Shown here one piece after another: positions 36,741 through 47,705 of a stretch of 64,000 nucleotides of DNA. The notes beneath the pieces were generated by a model that saw only the letters and a program-made list of their open reading frames with translations, was not told the origin of the DNA and did not search any database. The first letter of the stretch is position 1, and each line of letters begins with the position of its first letter. This stretch comes from Roseimaritima ulvae (GTDB lineage Bacteria > Planctomycetota > Planctomycetia > Pirellulales > Pirellulaceae), in assembly GCF_008065135.1 (NCBI RefSeq), contig NZ_CP042914.1, positions 3,699,404 to 3,763,403 on the forward strand, given 5' to 3'. A program made the translations under genes and the position numbers.

Positions 36741-37445
36741 TTAGGCGGCTTGTTCTAGGCGGGTGGCGTGCAGGATCGTGAACAGCGAAAACGGGGACGA
36801 CTTGGGCTGGACCTTGACTTCCAGCGGCAGTTCGCCCACCACGTCGCCGTAGCTGACATTGGTCCGCCAGCCCAAGTGCCGCGTGAAGGGGTCGGCGCGA
36901 TCGATGACTTTGGCCACCCAGGGATTTTCACTGCGGAAGTGATTAATGATCAATACGCTGCCACCGGGTTTCACCACCCGCGCGATTTCGGACATCATTT
37001 CCTGTGGGTCCGAGACGACGCTGACCACGTGGAAGGTGGTGACAAAGTCGAACGACTGATCGGGAAACTCCAGTTTCTGAGCGTTCATGGGTTGGACATT
37101 GATATGGTCCCAGCCTTCGCGTTCGATTTTCACGCGAGCTTGTGCCAACATGTCGTCCGACAGATCGATGCCGGTGACTTCCGCGTGTTTGGGATAAGCC
37201 GGCATCGACATGCCCGTGCCGATGCCTACTTCCAGCACCTTCGCGTTGGGAGTGATATTCAGCGCTTCGATGCTGCGCAGCACCCGGCGGCGGACGATCA
37301 GCGGCCACAGGGCTTCATAGGCGGGGATAAATTTGCTGTATAAGCGGCTGTGTTCGGGATTGGCCTGTTTGGCGGTTGGTTTGCCGGCCGGTTTAGCGGG
37401 TTTTACAGGTTTGGCGGGAGGAGAGTCTTTAAGTGTTGTGTTCAT
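36741..37445 (-). CDS. Class I SAM-dependent methyltransferase (Methyltransf_11/UbiE-like)
   Basis: It has VLEVGIGTGMS (motif I) and a downstream acidic motif II. Confidence 0.75.
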   Translation of the reverse strand: MNTTLKDSPPAKPVKPAKPAGKPTAKQANPEHSRLYSKFIPAYEALWPLIVRRRVLRSIEALNITPNAKVLEVGIGTGMSMPAYPKHAEVTGIDLSDDMLAQARVKIEREGWDHINVQPMNAQKLEFPDQSFDFVTTFHVVSVVSDPQEMMSEIARVVKPGGSVLIINHFRSENPWVAKVIDRADPFTRHLGWRTNVSYGDVVGELPLEVKVQPKSSPFSLFTILHATRLEQAA

Positions 37446-37654
37446 GCCTTAGTTCCGTCTGACGCTGTCGACTACGAGCCACTTCTATTTTCCCCTAAGG
37501 GTCGCGATTTTTTATCTTCGCGTCAACTCGGCTGCAACCCGGCGGAATTGCGTTAAGTCCTTGCCCTGTCGAGCTTTAGTGAATTAGTGAAGGCGATCCG
37601 GCGATCCTTTTTTTGCCAACTATTGCGCAGCGTTGACATTCGGATTACGGATCA

Positions 37655-38557
37655 TCAGCCGTCACTAGGGCTGGATTCGGTTTCGCCGCCCACGACTGGC
37701 TTGGGGGCGGCGGGTCGCATCAAGCCGATCCGCTCGGCCAAGTACCGTAGGGGTACGCTAAAGGCGTAGAAACACAGGGCCAACGGCAGCGCCAGCTCGT
37801 TAAACAGGAACACCCCGCCAATCGCAAACAAAGCCTGTCCGATCTGATGCGGCGCTTTGCGGCCGCGGAGCCATTGTTGGACCACGTGCGGATAGCGGAA
37901 TCGAGACACCATCAAGTACGCTAGGGCCAGGGCGGTCAGGGGCACGACGTATTGAAAGGCGACCAAACCATTGAGGGCCAGCGACTGAATGCGGTCGCCG
38001 TAGTCCGGGGTGGCTAGCGAGTGCAGGTGGGGGATGGAAATCACAAACGCGGCGATCGTGCCTGCGGCCGCCGGACTGGGGAGGCCCTCAAAACCATCGT
38101 GGGGATCGTCTTCTTCGGTTTCGACGTTAAATCGCGCTAACCGCATCAACACGCACAACGTGAACACGACGCCGATTGCCCAGGACAAGCGGTGTGGAAA
38201 GACATCGCTGTACCGCCACAGGATCACGGCCGGGGCGGCGCCGAAGGTGATCGCATCGCACAGGCTGTCCAGCTCTGCACCAAACTGGCTGGACTGATTG
38301 GTCATCCGCGCGGCCGAACCATCGAGGGCGTCAAACACCATGCCGATAAAGATCAGCACACCGGCGATAAACAGCTTTTGATCGTTTTCCCAAGGCAAAT
38401 TGACGCTCACGGCCACCGCAATGGAGGCCATTCCGCAGACGCCGTTGCCGAGGGTCAACATCGTCGGCAGGACGGCCAAGGTCAAACGACGCTTGCCGGC
38501 CCGTCGCTTTCTATCACCGGTTCGCCGAGGCCAAATGCGGCGTCTGAGTTCGCTCAC
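37655..38557 (-). CDS. pssA: CDP-alcohol phosphatidyltransferase (phosphatidylserine synthase-like)
   Basis: It has the D-G-x2-A-R...G-x3-D-x3-D motif (DALDGSAARMTNQSSQFGAELDSLCD) and multiple TM helices. Confidence 0.65.
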   Translation of the reverse strand: MSELRRRIWPRRTGDRKRRAGKRRLTLAVLPTMLTLGNGVCGMASIAVAVSVNLPWENDQKLFIAGVLIFIGMVFDALDGSAARMTNQSSQFGAELDSLCDAITFGAAPAVILWRYSDVFPHRLSWAIGVVFTLCVLMRLARFNVETEEDDPHDGFEGLPSPAAAGTIAAFVISIPHLHSLATPDYGDRIQSLALNGLVAFQYVVPLTALALAYLMVSRFRYPHVVQQWLRGRKAPHQIGQALFAIGGVFLFNELALPLALCFYAFSVPLRYLAERIGLMRPAAPKPVVGGETESSPSDG

Positions 38558-38659
38558 GAGGGATCTTTCGATTCAAAAAAAGAGGGAGGTCTATAACAAT
38601 CTACCAGCATCGCGTCTTCGGGTCGCCCGCTATACTCACCATTCTCGATTCCCCAACCC

Positions 38660-40291
38660 TTGCAACCAGAGCCCATGACGCCCCGCTACCTTGTGCCGTT
38701 TCATCCCAAGCAGGTTCCGCACCATTTTGTGGATCTTTTGATTATTGGCAGTGGTTTGGCCGGTCTGCGCGCCGCGCACGCTGCTCATCCGCACCAAACC
38801 GTGCTGCTGGTCACCAAGGATCAGCTGCGCGAATCCAACAGCAACTACGCTCAGGGCGGGATCGCCGGCGTCCTGGGGCCGGGGGACGATTTTGAGAGTC
38901 ACGTCTCCGATACCTTAATCGCTGGCGGAAATTTATGCGATTCCGAAGTCGTGGAGATGGTGATTCGCGAAGGGCCCCGGCGGATCGAAGAACTGATCGA
39001 ATGGGGGACAAAGTTCGACCAAACCAAGGGGCGGCTGGCGCTGGGGCGTGAAGGCGGCCACAGCCACCAGCGAATCGTGCACGCCCACGGCGACGCGACG
39101 GGCCGCGAGGTGATGCGGGCCATGATCGCCCATACCCGCCAGCGGCCCAACAATCTGATTTGGGAGCAGGCCTTCACGCTGGACCTGCTGACCCACGATG
39201 GTCGCTGTCGCGGTGCCCTGATTTCCCGCGACGGTGGACCTCCCACCCTGGTCTGGGCCAAGCAGACGATCCTCTGCACCGGCGGCGCCGGCCAAGTGTT
39301 TCGCGAATCCACCAATCCGCTCGTGGCCACCGGCGACGGATTTGGCTTGGCCTATCGAGCCGGCGTGGAACTTCGCGACATGGAATTTATCCAGTTCCAC
39401 CCCACCGTGCTGTACATCGCCGGCTCATCGCGTTCGCTGATCACCGAAGCGATCCGCGGGGAAGGGGCACATCTGATCGACGTCAACGGGCATCGGTTCA
39501 TGCCGGCGTATGACCAGCGCGCGGAACTTGCGCCCCGCGATGTGGTCAGCCAATCGATCATCCAGCACATGGCCGAGACGACTCACAACTGCGTCTATTT
39601 GGACCTGTCGCATCTGGACCGCGGTGAAGTCCTGAATCGCTTTCCGGGCATCGCCGCCACCTGTGCCAAATTCGGCTTGGACATCGCCCAAGATCGCATC
39701 CCGGTTCGTCCCGGAGCTCACTACATGGTCGGCGGCGTGACCGTGGACCGTGCGGGACGAACCAGTTTACCGGGCTTGTGGGCGGCCGGCGAAGTCACCA
39801 GCAGCGGCTTGCACGGCGCCAATCGGTTGGCCAGCAACAGTTTGTTGGAAGGTTTGGTGTACGGGGCCTTCGCCGGCCAGGGAGCGGCGCGTGAAGCGGC
39901 GGAGATGCCGGACACGATGACGGCGCTGCCCATCGAGTGCTCGCCGATCAAACACAAGTCGCAGTCCTTGGACTTCGCCGATATTCGGGCTTCACTGAAA
40001 AGCGTGATGGGCCGGCTGGTGGGCGTGCAGCGAAACGCCGCGGGATTGCGAGAAGCGATCACCACCATCGATTCGTTCTTCGCCTACGTGATGCCGCAGC
40101 AGTTTCAAGACGAAACCGGCTGGGAGACGCAGAATATGCTGCTGACCTCGCGGATGATGGCCACTGCTGCCCTGGCTCGCGAAGAATCACGCGGCGTTCA
40201 CTTCCGCACCGATTTCCCCAGCAGCAACGACGAAACGTGGCGCCGTCACCTGGCCATCCAAATCGACAAGTGCGGCGGCCATCCGCAGTAG
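38660..40291 (+). CDS. nadB: L-aspartate oxidase NadB
   Basis: It has an FAD-binding N-terminus (DLLIIGSGLAGLRAA), fumarate-reductase/succinate-dehydrogenase flavoprotein motifs (HYMVGGV, NRLASNSLLEG) and a C-terminal capping domain. Confidence 0.85.
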   Translation: MQPEPMTPRYLVPFHPKQVPHHFVDLLIIGSGLAGLRAAHAAHPHQTVLLVTKDQLRESNSNYAQGGIAGVLGPGDDFESHVSDTLIAGGNLCDSEVVEMVIREGPRRIEELIEWGTKFDQTKGRLALGREGGHSHQRIVHAHGDATGREVMRAMIAHTRQRPNNLIWEQAFTLDLLTHDGRCRGALISRDGGPPTLVWAKQTILCTGGAGQVFRESTNPLVATGDGFGLAYRAGVELRDMEFIQFHPTVLYIAGSSRSLITEAIRGEGAHLIDVNGHRFMPAYDQRAELAPRDVVSQSIIQHMAETTHNCVYLDLSHLDRGEVLNRFPGIAATCAKFGLDIAQDRIPVRPGAHYMVGGVTVDRAGRTSLPGLWAAGEVTSSGLHGANRLASNSLLEGLVYGAFAGQGAAREAAEMPDTMTALPIECSPIKHKSQSLDFADIRASLKSVMGRLVGVQRNAAGLREAITTIDSFFAYVMPQQFQDETGWETQNMLLTSRMMATAALAREESRGVHFRTDFPSSNDETWRRHLAIQIDKCGGHPQ

Positions 40292-40301
40292 CGGACCGGC
40301 G

Positions 40302-40416
40302 CATCGTAGCTACGCTCGCCAGAGCGTGGGACCACGCGCCGTCCCCCACCGTCTGGCGACGGTAGCTACGACCCACCGTCTGGCGACGGTAGCTACGAGA
40401 GGGTGGTCGCTACGGC
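40302..40416. repeat. REP-B cluster (one + copy, two - copies and a partial copy). The partial copy supplies the stop codon of the downstream convergent gene.
   Basis: The sequence is gtagctacgctcgccagagcgtggga ... cgtctggcgacggtagctacga (x2) ... cgctacgg. Confidence 0.7.
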
Positions 40417-41987
40417 AGATAGTTCAGCGTGTAGTACGCCGCGTCGTGCAACAGCGGTTGGCCTTCTTGGTTGCGAACGCCCGCCGCGTGCAGCTCGTGC
40501 ACGTGGCCGACTTGCAGGCCATCGACCATCAACGTCACGCTCAAGCCGTCTTCGCTGACGGCGGCCTTCGTGATCGTGGGCGTGGTCTGGTCGACCGGTG
40601 GGCTGCCGTACTGCTCGCGATAGATGTAGGTGTACGTCGACATCTTATAACTATCGATCTGGCTGGCCGACTGGCGATCCACCGCCTTGGTAAAGGTCAA
40701 CTGAAAGCCACCGTCGATGGCACGCATCTGGTGGATTTCAAAGGGCAGCTTGCCCGTCCAATCCAAGCGTTCAACGGCAAAGGGTTTGGGGCCACGAGCC
40801 CCCCAGCCACGGTTCGTGCCGCCCACAAACATCGCTCCACTGGCCGTCAACTCGACGCCCACATTTCCCGAACCAAAGCCGGACCGGAACGGAAAACACG
40901 CGCCTTGGTAGTGGCCCTGCACTTTCTCCAAATACACCCGCATGATTGTGCTGTGCGATTGATCGGCGACGAACAACTGATTCTCGAAGGGACCGAACTT
41001 GCCTCCGGTCGTATCACAGGCGATGCCCGAGGAGGACTGTCCCATTTGCGGATAAGGGAACAGCACCGCGGGCGGTTCCAGCTGCTCAATCTTGGCGGCT
41101 TCGACCATCATGCGGCTATCGGACTTGGGCTTCCGCGGCTGGGGACCGATGGTCGCTTCCGCCAACTCATACCACTTAAACCCGCCGGGATGGCCGACAA
41201 ATTTTCCGGGGATCAAATGCTTCAACGCGCACGCCCCGTTCCACGGTCCTTGGTTATCGGTATAGAAGATGTCTCCGGCGGCGTTGCTGGCGATACCACC
41301 GGGCGAGCGAACGCCACTGGTCGTGGGAATCATTTCTCCATCTTTGGTGATCCGCACACACCAACCGCGATACGGAACCACGCTGCTGAATGATCCGGTC
41401 AAACACAGCACCACCCAGCGGTTGCCTTCGCGATCGGCCTTCGATCCGAAAGCGTATTCGTGGTAGTCGCCGCTGATTCCCCAGGCATCGCTGACGGTTT
41501 CAAACAGATCCGCTTCGCCATCGCCGTCGGTATCTTTCAACCGACTCAGTTCCGGCCGCTGGGTGACGTACAACCAACCGTCGGAATAGTCCAGGCTGAG
41601 CGGTTCATGCAAGCCGTGGGCAAAGCGTTTGAATGATGATGCGGGCACGACCTTGGCCAGCGGATTGTCGATCATCCAGATTTCGCCACGACGCGAAGAG
41701 ACGGCCAGCCGACCATCGGGCATCAATTGGAACCCGCCTACCTCCAACACGACGTCTTGAGGAATTTCAAAAGGCGTAATCTGGTAGTAGTCTTGTTCTT
41801 TGGGTTTTGCGTCTTGACCGATCGCACGGCCCGGCAGGCCCATGACCAGCGACGCCAGAGTCAAGGCGACACACAGCAGGCGGCGTGGCTTCGATAGCCG
41901 TTTTGTTGTTCGAACCATATCCATGGCAATCACATCCGAGAAAAAACGTATTGGGCGGTTGGGTAATGAATGAAACAAATAAAACAT
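40410..41987 (-). CDS. Secreted beta-propeller protein of the Planctomycete/Verrucomicrobia membrane-bound-dehydrogenase-domain type (PQQ/GSDH-like)
   Basis: It has a signal peptide and repeated propeller-blade features. It lies immediately downstream of a multi-haem CxxCH protein, as is usual for this pair. Confidence 0.5.
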   Translation of the reverse strand: MFYLFHSLPNRPIRFFSDVIAMDMVRTTKRLSKPRRLLCVALTLASLVMGLPGRAIGQDAKPKEQDYYQITPFEIPQDVVLEVGGFQLMPDGRLAVSSRRGEIWMIDNPLAKVVPASSFKRFAHGLHEPLSLDYSDGWLYVTQRPELSRLKDTDGDGEADLFETVSDAWGISGDYHEYAFGSKADREGNRWVVLCLTGSFSSVVPYRGWCVRITKDGEMIPTTSGVRSPGGIASNAAGDIFYTDNQGPWNGACALKHLIPGKFVGHPGGFKWYELAEATIGPQPRKPKSDSRMMVEAAKIEQLEPPAVLFPYPQMGQSSSGIACDTTGGKFGPFENQLFVADQSHSTIMRVYLEKVQGHYQGACFPFRSGFGSGNVGVELTASGAMFVGGTNRGWGARGPKPFAVERLDWTGKLPFEIHQMRAIDGGFQLTFTKAVDRQSASQIDSYKMSTYTYIYREQYGSPPVDQTTPTITKAAVSEDGLSVTLMVDGLQVGHVHELHAAGVRNQEGQPLLHDAAYYTLNYLP

Positions 41988-41993
41988 GTCCCG

Positions 41994-44900
41994 CTACCAG
42001 TGGATGGTTTCGGTGATTTCGACGACCTGCTCGGCAGGCAGTTGGAATCGCAACTCAGTCTTGCCATCGATGGTAACCCATTGTGGCTCGCCGGCCCCTT
42101 TGATCGACAGCACCCCGCCGGTCGACAACCGAAACCGCCCGTCGGGCAAGGTTTCGACATCGCCCACCGCCGCCCGGAAGAAGCGTTTGCCTTGCGGCGA
42201 CGGATTTTCGATTTTAATGCTGCGTTCAAACCCGCGTTGATCGGCCGAACCGCCCAGCGGTCGACAGAAATCTTCGACCGTGTTGCCGTTGAAACGGTAT
42301 CGAAACACCGGTTGCTTGTCGGCGTTCAAGCGATAACCCAGGAACTGATACCCCCGCTCCCGCGCGGACAGCTTGGGCCACGGCGCGTCCACCGAATCGA
42401 CGATCGCTAACGGACCATCCGGATCGATGCGGATCACCGCGTCGCCCAGCGGTGCCTGCTGGCCGGGACCTCGTCCCACCCAGTGCTTGCGAGCGTCGAT
42501 AAATTCGTTCTGCCAAATTTTGACCAACCCCATGGCCTGAGCATCCCACGCCAAGTTGACGCTTTCGGGATAGCCCACGGCGATGCCGCGAGGGCTGAGG
42601 TCGGTGATGAAGTTACGATACAGGATCGGTTCGTCGACCGGCGTCAACACGATCGCGCCCTGCACCAGACCGCTGGGCGGTTTCGGATCGTCCGACGACA
42701 GGTATTTCCAGATCGCATTGATCTGCAACGCCGGGTCACCATCGTAGATCGTTTTGAGCGCAGACTGGCCGTCGACAAAGCTGGCCGGCATGCGGGTTCC
42801 GGGACGATATTTTTGCGGGTCCATCAGGTAGCGATGGAACCAGTCTTCACGCAATCGCACGGGCCATCGCAACGCGTCGAGGGCACGAATTCCTTCCACG
42901 CCAACGTTGTCGTAGGTGTGGCATTTGATACAGGCCAGACCTTTGTCGCCCACCAATGCGCGACCGTTGGAAACGACCAATTCGTGGGACTGATTCGTCG
43001 CCACCGGATCGGCTGCGGTTTTGCGATCCAGCGAATTAATATCGGCGTGCAACGTTTTTAATGGTTGGTAACGGAACGCCGGCATGCGCGTCTTCATATA
43101 GGGCCGTTCATTGGCACCCTGTTCCAGAATGGTCGCCACATAGGCATCGTTCAGCTTGTCGCCGACACCAGTCAAGCTGGGAGGCAAGCGACCTTCGTTG
43201 CCCATTTCTTGGGTAGTGGTTTGGAAGTTGGCTTCACGCGCCGTTTCCGGACCGCCGATGCCATTGCGGTCGTGGCAGGCGTAACAGTTCATGGCCGCCA
43301 TGGTCAGGTGCGTTCGCTGCTGCGGCGTGGCGGGCCGATCGAGGGTTGCCAAAGCCGCGACAATCGCCTCGCGTTGGCTGGGCGACAGCGAGAAGTCGGG
43401 AACGCCGGCCGGCGGGTTGTCCGCTAGACAGCCCTGATCCAAATGGCTGGCCACGTGTTCCAAGCTGGGTGCGGTAAGCGACGCAGCGACGGCCTTGCCG
43501 CCGGGATCTTTGAATTCGTGGCAACTGGCGCAGCGTTGTTGTTGAAAGGCCGCGGCGCCCGCTTCGACCAAACTTGGATCGGGGCGGAATGTCGACTCCA
43601 CCAATTCTTGCAGCGTTTCACCACTGGGGTCGCCGTTCATCAGCGCGCCCGCGTCGGCGGCTTTGAAATCCGGCCCATCGATTTTTAATCGCAGTTCTTC
43701 CTGCCCGGCCTTTTCGAAGTACTCGATCTTTACAGGGTGCACTCCTACGGGCAATTTAATCTTGCCGGATTTCTCGGTGGCCGGATGAATCCCGTCATGG
43801 ACCACGACGACTTTGTCGCCGATGGTTACCCGGCCGCCGTCGTCGCAGGCGATGTAGAAGGTGTATTCGCCGGCGGTGGTGACCGGGAAATAGGTTTCGA
43901 ACACCATCCCAAAGTTGCTCTTGGGTTTCACCGCGGTGATGTCCAAATCTTGCATCACGCCCGTATCAACCGGTTCCAGCGAGTCGAAGTCGGGCAGTTT
44001 GTCCCACGATCCCTCATACAAGCGGTACTTGAAGCGTTCGCCGCCAGGGACCAGCACCACATCACGCAGCAGGTAACAGGCCAAGTCCCGAGCTTCGACG
44101 CGATCGTTCGCTAATTGAGGCATCCGCATGCCGGGCCGCACGGCGTGTGGATCGAGCAGGAATTCGGTCAGCGAATCCAATGTGTATTTCTGGCCCAAGT
44201 CGCCCAGGGGAACCGAGGTGGCCAGGCTGCGGGCGTTGTCGGATTGCCCGTTATGGCAGGCGCGGCAGCCGATCGAATCGTACAACTGCTCTCCCCGTTG
44301 AGCCGCTTTCGAATCGCCCGGCCGATCGGTGATTTTCAACTCGCCCGACAAGTAGCTGGCGATGGCTTTGGCCAGCCGCTGTTTTTCGGCTTCGTCCACG
44401 CCGTTCCAGGGATCCGGCATGGCGGTTCCTGGTTTGGTACCGTGAGGATCGGCGATCATCGCAACCAAGTGGTCCGGCCGCACGCGGGCGGCGACCTGGG
44501 TCAGATTGGGGCCGCGTTTATCGGGGATCGTGGACTCGCCCTGGTGGCAGGCCGTACAAGCCAAACCGGCCATCAACAGCTGGCCGCCTTCAACAGCGTC
44601 ACCGATACCGGAAGCATAAAAGCGTTCGAACGCGGGCACTCGCGGCCGTCCGGCTTCGCGTTGGGCATCGCGGGGCAACAACCAAATGTTGCGGAAGCGA
44701 ACCGGATTGCCATGGTTCTGCAAAAAGATCGGTCCCGGTGCTGCGTTCTCCGCCAGCGGAGCGGCCCGCGTGGTGCCGGGTACCGCCACATCCGGCTGGA
44801 CGACGACGCCGTTGAGCCGCACCGTCAGACGAGCATCGCTGATTTTTTTGCCGGCCGCATCGAACCGCGGCGCGGTGAAATTCACGTCATAGGTTTGCCA

Positions 44901-45623
44901 CTGCAGAGGCGGGAAACACATGTTCAAATCCGGATCGCGGTGTTCGTAGATTCCGCCCGCTTCGTTGTCGGCTCCTTCTAGACCAAACGAATCCAAGACT
45001 TGCGTTTCGTAGCGTCCCTGGTGATAGACCCCGCTGTTGCCGCGTCCCTGTCCGCTGGCGGCCGGCATAAAGGGCGTGCGAAACTCCAGATGCAACGTAT
45101 AGTCACCAAAGGTTTCCCGGCTGGTGGCGCCTTCTTGCAACAGCCCGTCTTCGCTGCGGCGAGCTCCGGGTTTCCAGTTTTTTTCCAAGCTCTGCTGACT
45201 GCCGTCGAACAGCACGATCGCGCCCTTTGGCGGCGGTGCGTCCAGTGTGGGACTGCTGCGTTCGACCCGTTGCAGCTCCAGCGATTCAACCAGATCAGCG
45301 ACCACATCGGCGTCTCCGTCGACGCGGCGGGGCGCTACGCGATTCCAGCCCGCCCCGGGCAAACCGCCTTCGTAAATCACGATTTCGAACTCGCCCTCAC
45401 CGCGGGCGATGACCTGCATCCCACGTTGGTTTCCGAGGTATTCACCCTGCACGGCAAAATCGGGATCCTGCGCCGCCGCTTCGGGCGTCGCGTAGGTTTG
45501 GGCCGCCAACGGCAAGGCCGACAGGTTCCACGCGAAAGACAGGGCCAGGATGATGGGCAAGCCCCATGCCACCGGAATTCCAACCGCCTGTGGAGGCTGG
45601 AAAGCAGAACAATAACGTGACAT
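41994..45623 (-). CDS. Large secreted multi-domain protein with a DUF1080 (3-keto-disaccharide hydrolase / LamG-like) domain, five CxxCH c-type haem sites (CTACH, CRACH, CASCH, CYACH, CIKCH) and a PA14-like region. The start is placed at Met-22 (45623).
   Basis: The haem-binding motifs were counted directly. The DUF1080-like block is GAIVLFDG...LHLEFRTPF...GNSGVYHQGRYETQVLDS. Confidence 0.65.
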   Translation of the reverse strand: MSRYCSAFQPPQAVGIPVAWGLPIILALSFAWNLSALPLAAQTYATPEAAAQDPDFAVQGEYLGNQRGMQVIARGEGEFEIVIYEGGLPGAGWNRVAPRRVDGDADVVADLVESLELQRVERSSPTLDAPPPKGAIVLFDGSQQSLEKNWKPGARRSEDGLLQEGATSRETFGDYTLHLEFRTPFMPAASGQGRGNSGVYHQGRYETQVLDSFGLEGADNEAGGIYEHRDPDLNMCFPPLQWQTYDVNFTAPRFDAAGKKISDARLTVRLNGVVVQPDVAVPGTTRAAPLAENAAPGPIFLQNHGNPVRFRNIWLLPRDAQREAGRPRVPAFERFYASGIGDAVEGGQLLMAGLACTACHQGESTIPDKRGPNLTQVAARVRPDHLVAMIADPHGTKPGTAMPDPWNGVDEAEKQRLAKAIASYLSGELKITDRPGDSKAAQRGEQLYDSIGCRACHNGQSDNARSLATSVPLGDLGQKYTLDSLTEFLLDPHAVRPGMRMPQLANDRVEARDLACYLLRDVVLVPGGERFKYRLYEGSWDKLPDFDSLEPVDTGVMQDLDITAVKPKSNFGMVFETYFPVTTAGEYTFYIACDDGGRVTIGDKVVVVHDGIHPATEKSGKIKLPVGVHPVKIEYFEKAGQEELRLKIDGPDFKAADAGALMNGDPSGETLQELVESTFRPDPSLVEAGAAAFQQQRCASCHEFKDPGGKAVAASLTAPSLEHVASHLDQGCLADNPPAGVPDFSLSPSQREAIVAALATLDRPATPQQRTHLTMAAMNCYACHDRNGIGGPETAREANFQTTTQEMGNEGRLPPSLTGVGDKLNDAYVATILEQGANERPYMKTRMPAFRYQPLKTLHADINSLDRKTAADPVATNQSHELVVSNGRALVGDKGLACIKCHTYDNVGVEGIRALDALRWPVRLREDWFHRYLMDPQKYRPGTRMPASFVDGQSALKTIYDGDPALQINAIWKYLSSDDPKPPSGLVQGAIVLTPVDEPILYRNFITDLSPRGIAVGYPESVNLAWDAQAMGLVKIWQNEFIDARKHWVGRGPGQQAPLGDAVIRIDPDGPLAIVDSVDAPWPKLSARERGYQFLGYRLNADKQPVFRYRFNGNTVEDFCRPLGGSADQRGFERSIKIENPSPQGKRFFRAAVGDVETLPDGRFRLSTGGVLSIKGAGEPQWVTIDGKTELRFQLPAEQVVEITETIHW

Positions 45624-45803
45624 TCGAATCCTTTTCGATAATGGTGCGGGGATCACGGAGGCGGGGAATGCCGGGATTATAGGCATGTTTTCCGTATTCG
45701 TGGGAGAACCCGATCGTAGCGGGGGTACTCGGTGGCTTGTCGCGGGCGTTGCCAGCCCCGATAATCGGAGTCGACAAATTCTCTCGAACAGCGCATTGGG
45801 TTC

Positions 45804-46754
45804 ATGGCAGAAGCGGCACCTCTAGACACGACCATCCAAGTGGTGACGCCCGAGAACATCGCCTTTGAATATCAGTTGGCCGGTCCTTTTCGCCGCATTC
45901 CTGCCTACGTCTTGGATGTGCTGCTGTACACGATGGTGCTGGCGTTTCTGGTGATCATCGGGCTGTACATCGGATTCTATTCAATGTCTATGTTGGCGAT
46001 GTCGGTGTATGCCTTCATCGGCTTGGTCTTGTGGTTCGTATTGGGCTGGTTCTACGGAGCCCTTTGCGAGACATATTTCAACGGCCGCACGGTGGGCAAA
46101 TGGGCTTGCGGTTTGCGTGTGATCAGCGTCGATGGCCGTCCGCTCTCGGGCATGCAAGCGACGATTCGCAACTTGCTGCGGGTGGCTGATTTGGCGCCCC
46201 CGGCGGCGCTCGGTCAGTTTGATAGTGACGTCGCCCCGGCGTTGGCTTTCCCCACCGCCCTGATTGGATTGATGTCGGTGGTCATGACACAGCGGATGCA
46301 GCGGCTGGGCGACTTGGCTGCCGGGACGATGGTGGTAGTGGACGAGAAAAGCTGGCGGCTGCCGGTTGCTAAAGTCGACGACCCCCGGGTAGCGGCCTTG
46401 GCGTCGTACGTACCCGGCGACTATCGGATCAGCCCCACCATGGCTCGCACCTTGGCCGCGTATGCCGAACGGCGAGCTTACCTCACACCGGCTCGGCGCC
46501 GTGAAGTCGCCCGGCACCTGACCGACCCGCTGGTGGACCGTTTTGAATTCCGTCCGGACATCGATCCGGATCTACTAATGTACGCGTTGTATTACCAAAC
46601 CTTTTTGGCGGGCGACAGCAACACCCCGCCGGAACTGGGCGCCTTGGCCGGGTTCAGCCCGTTGCGGAAAGACATTGGTCGCGAGTTAGCGCCAACTCCG
46701 CCGCCGCCACCACCACCGCTGGCGCATAGCACGGAACAGGGAGTGAATGGGTGA
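45804..46754 (+). CDS. RDD-family membrane protein with a Pro-rich C-terminus
   Basis: It has TM helices and an RxxDxxxG-type RDD region (RLGDLAAGTMVV). Confidence 0.6.
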   Translation: MAEAAPLDTTIQVVTPENIAFEYQLAGPFRRIPAYVLDVLLYTMVLAFLVIIGLYIGFYSMSMLAMSVYAFIGLVLWFVLGWFYGALCETYFNGRTVGKWACGLRVISVDGRPLSGMQATIRNLLRVADLAPPAALGQFDSDVAPALAFPTALIGLMSVVMTQRMQRLGDLAAGTMVVVDEKSWRLPVAKVDDPRVAALASYVPGDYRISPTMARTLAAYAERRAYLTPARRREVARHLTDPLVDRFEFRPDIDPDLLMYALYYQTFLAGDSNTPPELGALAGFSPLRKDIGRELAPTPPPPPPPLAHSTEQGVNG

Positions 46755-47704
46755 ACGTAGCCACGCTGGTTGAAAAACGCCGCGCTCAATGGGCCGAATT
46801 GGAAACATTGTGCGGAGGCGTGGTGTCGCCCGAAAACGCGGCCCGGTTTGCGGCGCTGTACCGAGCCGCCTGCGCGGATTTGGCGTTGGCCAGTGCCTAC
46901 CAACTGCCTCCCGGTACGGTCACCTACCTGCATCGTCTGGTAGGCCGCGCCCACAGTCGCTTGTACCGGAGCAAACGCTTCGATCCGATGACTTGGTTCG
47001 ACACGATCTTTGTCGATGCCCCACGCCAGATTTTTTCGGATCCCTGCGTGCGGATCGCGGCGATTTTGTTTTTTGGTTTGTTCTCGCTGTCGGCGTACCT
47101 GGCCTACAACGAAGAAGCCTTTCCGACCTACGCGGAAGATATCGTTGGCGTCGCCACGCTGGAACAGATGGAGGACAGCTTCGAGCCCGGCTTGGACGGC
47201 AACTTCGGCCATTATATCTCCATGGCCGGGTTCTACATCAAACACAACACGGGTATCGGACTGCAGTGTTTTGCTTACGGGATATTGCTGATTCCGTGTG
47301 TCTTTATTCTCTGTTACAACGCCGTCGCATTGGGCGCCAGTTTCGGCTATATGGCTCGCGAAGGGGTGCCCGGCGGCGACACGTTTTGCGAGTTTGTGAC
47401 CGCGCACGGTCCCTTTGAATTGACGGCCATCGCGTTGTCGGCCGGGGCCGGATTGCGGTTGGGAATGGGCTTGTTCCGTACCGAAGGTCGAACCCGCGTC
47501 GCCTCCTTGAAAGCCAACGCACTGCAAGCGGTGCCGATCATGGTGGCCGCCGCGATCATGTTTTTCCTGGCCGCGTTTACCGAAGGCTTTATTTCGCCCA
47601 GCCCGCTGTACTATCCGCTCAAAGCCGCCTGGGCGATCATGTCTTCGGGCGTGTTGATGTTCTATTTTGTTGTGCTGGGCTTCCCCCGCGGGGGGCTGCG
47701 TTAA
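46751..47704 (+). CDS. Stage II sporulation protein M-like (SpoIIM/DUF95) membrane protein. It has a 4-nt overlap with the RDD gene.
   Basis: It has the pattern of 5-6 TM segments and its position in the conserved RDD-SpoIIM-DUF4129-DUF4350-MoxR arrangement. Confidence 0.5.
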   Translation: MNVATLVEKRRAQWAELETLCGGVVSPENAARFAALYRAACADLALASAYQLPPGTVTYLHRLVGRAHSRLYRSKRFDPMTWFDTIFVDAPRQIFSDPCVRIAAILFFGLFSLSAYLAYNEEAFPTYAEDIVGVATLEQMEDSFEPGLDGNFGHYISMAGFYIKHNTGIGLQCFAYGILLIPCVFILCYNAVALGASFGYMAREGVPGGDTFCEFVTAHGPFELTAIALSAGAGLRLGMGLFRTEGRTRVASLKANALQAVPIMVAAAIMFFLAAFTEGFISPSPLYYPLKAAWAIMSSGVLMFYFVVLGFPRGGLR

Positions 47705-47705
47705 G

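Noticed and set aside
40326-41393. 355-aa ORF on the + strand whose N-terminus reads HRLATVATTHRLATVAT
   Set aside because: The N-terminus is a translation of the REP-B cluster. The remainder is antisense to the beta-propeller gene.
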